Source: Camelus ferus (lineage: Eukaryota). Taken from it: a stretch of DNA of 64,000 nucleotides. The notes below the pieces were generated by a model. The model was given only the letters and a program-made list of their open reading frames with translations, was not told where the DNA came from and did not search any database. The position numbers were made by a program, and so were the translations under genes. The DNA is taken from assembly GCF_009834535.1 (NCBI RefSeq), contig NC_045696.1:114392001-114456000 (forward strand), read 5' to 3'. Positions within the stretch are counted from its first letter, which is position 1; each line of letters begins with the position of its first letter. Positions 62,411-64,000 of the stretch are shown here, one piece after another.

Positions 62411-62936
62411 ATAATGTTTCAGTCATATGTATACATCCATATTTTTTTTCATGTTCTTTTTCATTATAAGTTACTACAAGGTATTGAATATGGTTCTCTG
62501 TGCTCTACAGAAGAAATGCTGTCTATCCATTTTATATATACTAGTTAATATTTGCAAATCTCAAACTCCCAATTTTCCCTACCCACCCCCTTTCCCACTG
62601 GTAACCATAAGTTTGTTTTCTATGTCTGTGAGTCTGTTTCTATTTTATAGATAAGTTCTTTAGTGTCTTCTTTTTTCTTTTCTTTTTTTCTTTTAGATTC
62701 CACACATGAGTGATATCATATGGTATTTTTCTTTCTCTTTCTGGCTTACTTCACTTAGAATGACCATCTTCAGGCCCATCCATGTTGCTGCAAATGGTAT
62801 TATTTTTATTCTTTTTTTATGGCTGAGTAGTATTCCATTGAATAACTATACCACAACTTCTTTATCCAGTCATCTGTCGGTGGACATTTAGGTTGTTTCC
62901 ATGCCTTGGCTGTTGTATATAGTACTGCTGTGAACA
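62411..62936 (-). mobile_element. LINE-1 3' region lacking its terminal ~55 bp
   Basis: ataatgtttcagtcata...ggtaaccataagtttgttttctatgtctgtgagtctg...catctgtcggtggacatttaggttgtttccatg...gctgtgaaca. Confidence 0.93.
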
Positions 62937-63734
62937 CTTTATTGCTTTTAAAAGGCTTTAAAAGCAATCTAAAATTGGTGATCTACGTGTGCACCAAAGG
63001 CTGAATAAGTGGTCTGCAGATGCTGAAATTTTCAAAATCATTGAGTGAAAGAACAAGTCAGGTTTAAGGGCTGGATGTGGGGCCAAAGGGGAACTAGAGC
63101 CAGAAGCCTGCACACAATCAGGGCAGAAGAGTGTGAGATACACAGCAGTGGGGGAAGGGCTTTAGAGGACCTGGGACATCTTCCATGAGTAGGTTGTTCT
63201 CCCACTGCATGTTGGGAGCATTGCTTCCTGTTAAAGGACTAAGTGGGGCTGACCAGCTGAAATTCTCACTGAAACTTACACTTTCACAATAGGAGCTTAC
63301 CTTAAACTATCTTTGAGCCTTTCTTTCTTACTGCCCTGGACTCAAATATTTAATCCTGGGTGACCACCTCTCCAGCCTCCACAACCAACACATGCCCCTA
63401 TATCCCAGGTTAAGAGATAGAACTCTTTTATCTTTATATTCTTTCCATGGATGATTTTATATACTTCTAGCTTTAACTAGTACTTCAAAGCAAATAGCTT
63501 TTAAGTCAATATTTCCGCCTCATCAATCTCTTAACTCATGGGCCAATTTTCAGCTGCCAGGGGTTCTTTCTTTTCAGAGAGAACCTTCTCCCCAAAGGTG
63601 GGTTTCCTTAAACCCACAAACAAAAATGGCCTCCTGTTTCGAACTCGCATACCTGCTGTTCTTCTGGAAATTATCACTACCATATACTTGCAATGAATAA
63701 GGCATTCATCTTTCATGTTTCAAATCCTTCATAT

Positions 63735-63880
63735 TGGATTCTGTGCTCCTTGAGTGCTAAGACTATGCTTGATTTATTTGTCAACCCCACTCATCCTCAC
63801 TGCTCCCTGCAGGGCACATGGCAGACGGTACATATAGATGTTCCCAAATATTGGATAAATGAACATATGAATGAGTGAGC
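63735..63880 (+). mobile_element. L2 3' end
   Basis: gtgctccttgagtgctaagactatg...cacatggcagacggtacatatagatgttcccaaatattggataaatgaacatatgaatgagtga. Confidence 0.65.
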
Positions 63881-64000
63881 CATTTCGGATACTTGCATCC
63901 TTGTTTCTGGCATTTCACTGGTCAAATAAAAATGAAATTACAATCTAAAATTTAGCATACTTTTGTTCCTTTGCCTGCCACAAGAGACACTTTTCTTGGA

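Noticed and set aside
62227..62936. Twin-primed (5'-inverted) L1 insertion
   Set aside because: The geometry is wrong: genomic flank and one TSD are inverted too, and the 5' segment lies downstream of the tail
1..64000. CRISPR array, operon or other prokaryotic system; intact host-gene exons
   Set aside because: The sequence is mammalian and repeat-dominated; I saw no regularly spaced repeats and no recognisable spliced coding exons

Overview
Mammalian (most likely camelid) non-coding genomic DNA, either intergenic or a very large intron. The lineage call rests on five copies of a tRNA-derived SINE matching the camelid Vic-1 type and on cetartiodactyl-style L1 3' ends. I found no intact protein-coding exon, RNA gene or prokaryotic system. 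Most of the window is interspersed repeat: L1, L2, MIR, MaLR/ERVL/ERV1 LTRs (several nested), a full-length Tigger1 and hAT MITEs. Highlights: (1) a complete 1.3-kb processed retrocopy (TSD, polyA signal, A-tail) of a short, highly diverged cTAGE5/MIA2-like gene, which implies an unseen ~227-aa parent; (2) a ~185-bp microinversion that split an L1 and flipped one of its TSDs; (3) a chimeric ERV1 remnant with an env TM fragment next to a triple LTR nest; (4) candidate regulatory elements (ETS/NRF1/NF-kB promoter-like site, STAT/RUNX/AP-1 cluster, MER91 CTCF site, MER41-like LTR). Repeat subfamily names and protein comparisons come from remembered consensus sequences, not from searches.
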